Below, in pieces: positions 61,818 through 64,000 of a stretch of DNA of 64,000 bases. The stretch is taken from contig BQFW01000007.1 of assembly GCA_020891255.1 (NCBI GenBank), positions 2,604,001 through 2,668,000 of the forward strand. Reading direction: 5' to 3'. Below the pieces are notes generated by a model. The model saw nothing but the letters and a program-made list of their open reading frames with translations. It made no database searches and was not told the DNA's origin. Made by a program: the position numbers and the translations under genes. Within the stretch, counting starts at the first letter, position 1. Each line of letters opens with the position of its first letter. Source of the stretch: Entomortierella parvispora E1425 (taxonomy: Eukaryota; Fungi; Mortierellomycota).

Positions 61818-63055
61818 CTACATTTCTCCTTCTTCGACAGAATTGCCCCACATGTTCAAGCGAGACAAAGTCCTGTTGCTCTTGAGTGCCAGTGACAGTG
61901 CCTGAGCTCCCGCATTTCCAATCGAGTTGTCACAGAGGTTCAAGGTGGCCAGACCCGAGTTGATCAGGAGTGCCTCTGCCAGCGCCGTTGCTTCTTCATT
62001 TCCAATCGTGTTGCGTCTTAGGTCCAATATCAACAAGGCCGTGTTGAAACAGAGCGTCTTTGCCAGTGCCTTGGCACAAATGCTTCGGATCTCACTCGAG
62101 TTCAGTCCCAAAGAGGTCAGGGTGCTGTCTGACTTGAGCGCCTGTGATAGCGCCAGACCACCAATAAATCCGATCTGGTTATAGCACAACATCAATGTGG
62201 CCATCCCTGTGTTAATTCAGAGTGCCTCTGACAACGCCACTGCGCCAAAGTCCCCGATCGAGTTCTCCCGCAAGTTCAAGGAGGACCGAGTCCTGTTCTT
62301 CTTTAGTGCTTCCGCCAAGGCATGTACTCCCTCCTCTCCAATCGAGATGTCCTTCAGGTTCAAGCTGACCAAGGTCTGGTTAACATGGAGCGCCATGGAC
62401 AGCATCTCGGCACCTTCGTCTCCAATCTTGTTGTCACATAGACATAAGGATGATAGACCAGCATTGACCTTGAACGCCTCTGACAACACAAGCGCGCCCG
62501 TTGCTCGAATCTTGTTCCGTCCCAGGTTCAAATTAGACAGACCCTTGTTGATCCTGAATGCTTCGGCCAGGACATGAGCGCCGTCAGTTCCAAACCGGTT
62601 GTACTCCAAGTTCAAAGTCGCTACACTGGTGTTGATCTTGAGGGCCACCGACAATGCCTCGACCCTTTACAAATCAATAGAGTTGCGGCACAGGTCCAAA
62701 GCTGTCAGAGTCTTGTTGATCTTGAGTGCGGATGACAGAATCTGAGCTCGAACCCCGCCAGTCAAGTTGTCCATCAAGCTGAAAGCCGCCAGGAACTTGT
62801 TGATCCTGAGTGTGTCCAATACATCCAGAATGTTACTAGTTTCGATAAAGTTCTCACTCATGTCCTAGGTGGATAGAGGCAGGTCGATCAAGACGCGAGA
62901 AAGGCATACACCTTGACTGTACTCTAGAACTGCTGATTTCTTGATCTTGAGATGTCGTATCAGATGCTGGTTTCGTTCAGGAATCCGTGGACGGAGGCCT
63001 TGTCCAGAATATGCAATAAAATTGTAGAGTGCCGCTGTAAAAGATGCGTTCCCGT
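61818..63055 (-). pseudogene. F-box + RNI-like LRR gene (family B, copy 3), 5'-truncated and disrupted
   Basis: Begins at NASFTAALY..NQHLIRHL, with no F-box start upstream. Stops TAG 62865-62867 and TAA 62667-62669, frameshift near 62217. The LRR units are otherwise recognisable. Confidence 0.85.
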
Positions 63056-63555
63056 CGGTATGGCAATGATTAGAAAACCCGGTGGTCGACAGAAGAGGTC
63101 ATGAAAGTGGGCAAAGGGAAAAGAGCGAAAAAGAAATTCCTTTTTTTTTTGTTCTCAACTTCTCAGACGTTTTTGTGTCGCATTGATTCCTCCTATCGCT
63201 CTCAGACGTCTGATCCACGGGCTTCACCTCAAACAGCAGCAATAAAAATTCACTGGGGAAAGCCGGCCTTCCAGATCGAAATGACCGAGGCTTTTATAAC
63301 GGCGATATATCCTAATCCATTGATATCCGCTCACCCTCCCCTTCTTCAAACTTTATCGCGTTTCTTGGTTCGTGTTTATAATTTACATTGTTATAGGTCT
63401 CTGCTATGACAGTTTTAGTGATCCATAGACATTTGATGTCTATTATCAAAAAAAAAAAAAAAAAAAAAAAAAGGATTCCAGTGAGTATTCTGTCCAGATC
63501 GATAACCAAAGAACCCTTGTTCATTACACGAGGAGGCCACGCAAAAGATTATGTT

Positions 63556-64000
63556 TTACCTCTTGTAAACACTCATGATCTTGGCCACAAATGCTTCCAA
63601 ATGGAATATGGCTTTTTGGCCCATCCGCAATCGATGTTCATAGAAGGCGGCCTCCTGGGCAAATCGCATCTTCAACTCGTTGCTTTCGACCCTCTCAATT
63701 AGCTCTTTCGCCAAAGTCTTCAGAATTGTGGCTGCATCGATGCAGTGGTTCAAGAGTTCGTAAAGCATACCACGGACATGTTGCAATCTAAAGATGGAGA
63801 AGCGAAAAATGAATGTGCGGATGAGCTGTCAATTCTCCCGCATAAAGAACGAGCGTGAGATATCAGCGATCTGCATCCATGAACCTACGATTCTGGATTT
63901 TGGGCTTTCAAAATCTGATGCATCACTTGACGGACAAAATCCTCCCAGTCCATGCGAGGTATTTCCTGGTTATCTTTGAAGGGGTGGCTGGTATATGAAG
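63556..64000 (-). CDS. RFC5: Replication factor C subunit 5 (human RFC3 orthologue), 3' part only
   Basis: YPFKDNQEIPRMDWEDFVRQV..QNPES / intron / LQHVRGMLYELLNHCI..AAFYEHRLRMGQKAIFHLEAFVAKIMSVYKR matches the RFC3/Rfc5 C-terminus. The gene runs off the window; the exact 3' end is uncertain. Confidence 0.93.

Noticed and set aside
5083-62577. Numerous antisense or alternate-frame ORFs overlapping the called genes (e.g. 5083-5664, 7879-8451, 15512-16234, 25667-26335, 60475-61101)
   Set aside because: Shadows of real coding sequence on the opposite strand or frame, with low-complexity translations and no independent motifs.

Overview
Eukaryotic genomic DNA with spliceosomal GT-AG introns, many poly(A/T) tracts and dense gene spacing. 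The gene set and two expanded F-box/LRR families suggest an early-diverging fungus, probably Mortierellaceae; this is inference from family style, not a database hit. I can support about 21 genes, reconstructed by eye across introns: B12D/NDUFA4-like, two convergent F-box/LRR paralogs, cytochrome b561, a large S/Q-rich protein with Mto2/SPA18-like motifs, ArfGAP-UBA, Nit1/NIT2 nitrilase, MDR dehydrogenase, a small secreted 4-Cys protein, OGG1, ER FKBP, a secreted Gly-rich repeat protein, an MCT-type MFS transporter, a TRP/FLC channel, SHQ1, a MARCH5-like RING-CH ligase, an RGD1-like F-BAR RhoGAP, OST5/TMEM258 (absent from the ORF track), a SIKE/FGFR1OP2-like protein, SAC2/INPP5F, and the 3' end of RFC5. 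The most unusual structures are: (1) a ~2.1 kb inverted duplicate of the tail-to-tail F-box junction (about 2930-5010 copied to about 44728-46798), followed by an out-of-order piece of the same locus, which amounts to a circularly permuted copy; (2) a 42-bp minisatellite organised as a 126-bp higher-order repeat and open in four frames; (3) an adjacent tandem array of decaying F-box/RNI-like LRR genes. I saw no tRNA, rRNA, CRISPR array or transposase. Exon coordinates and identity values are manual estimates.
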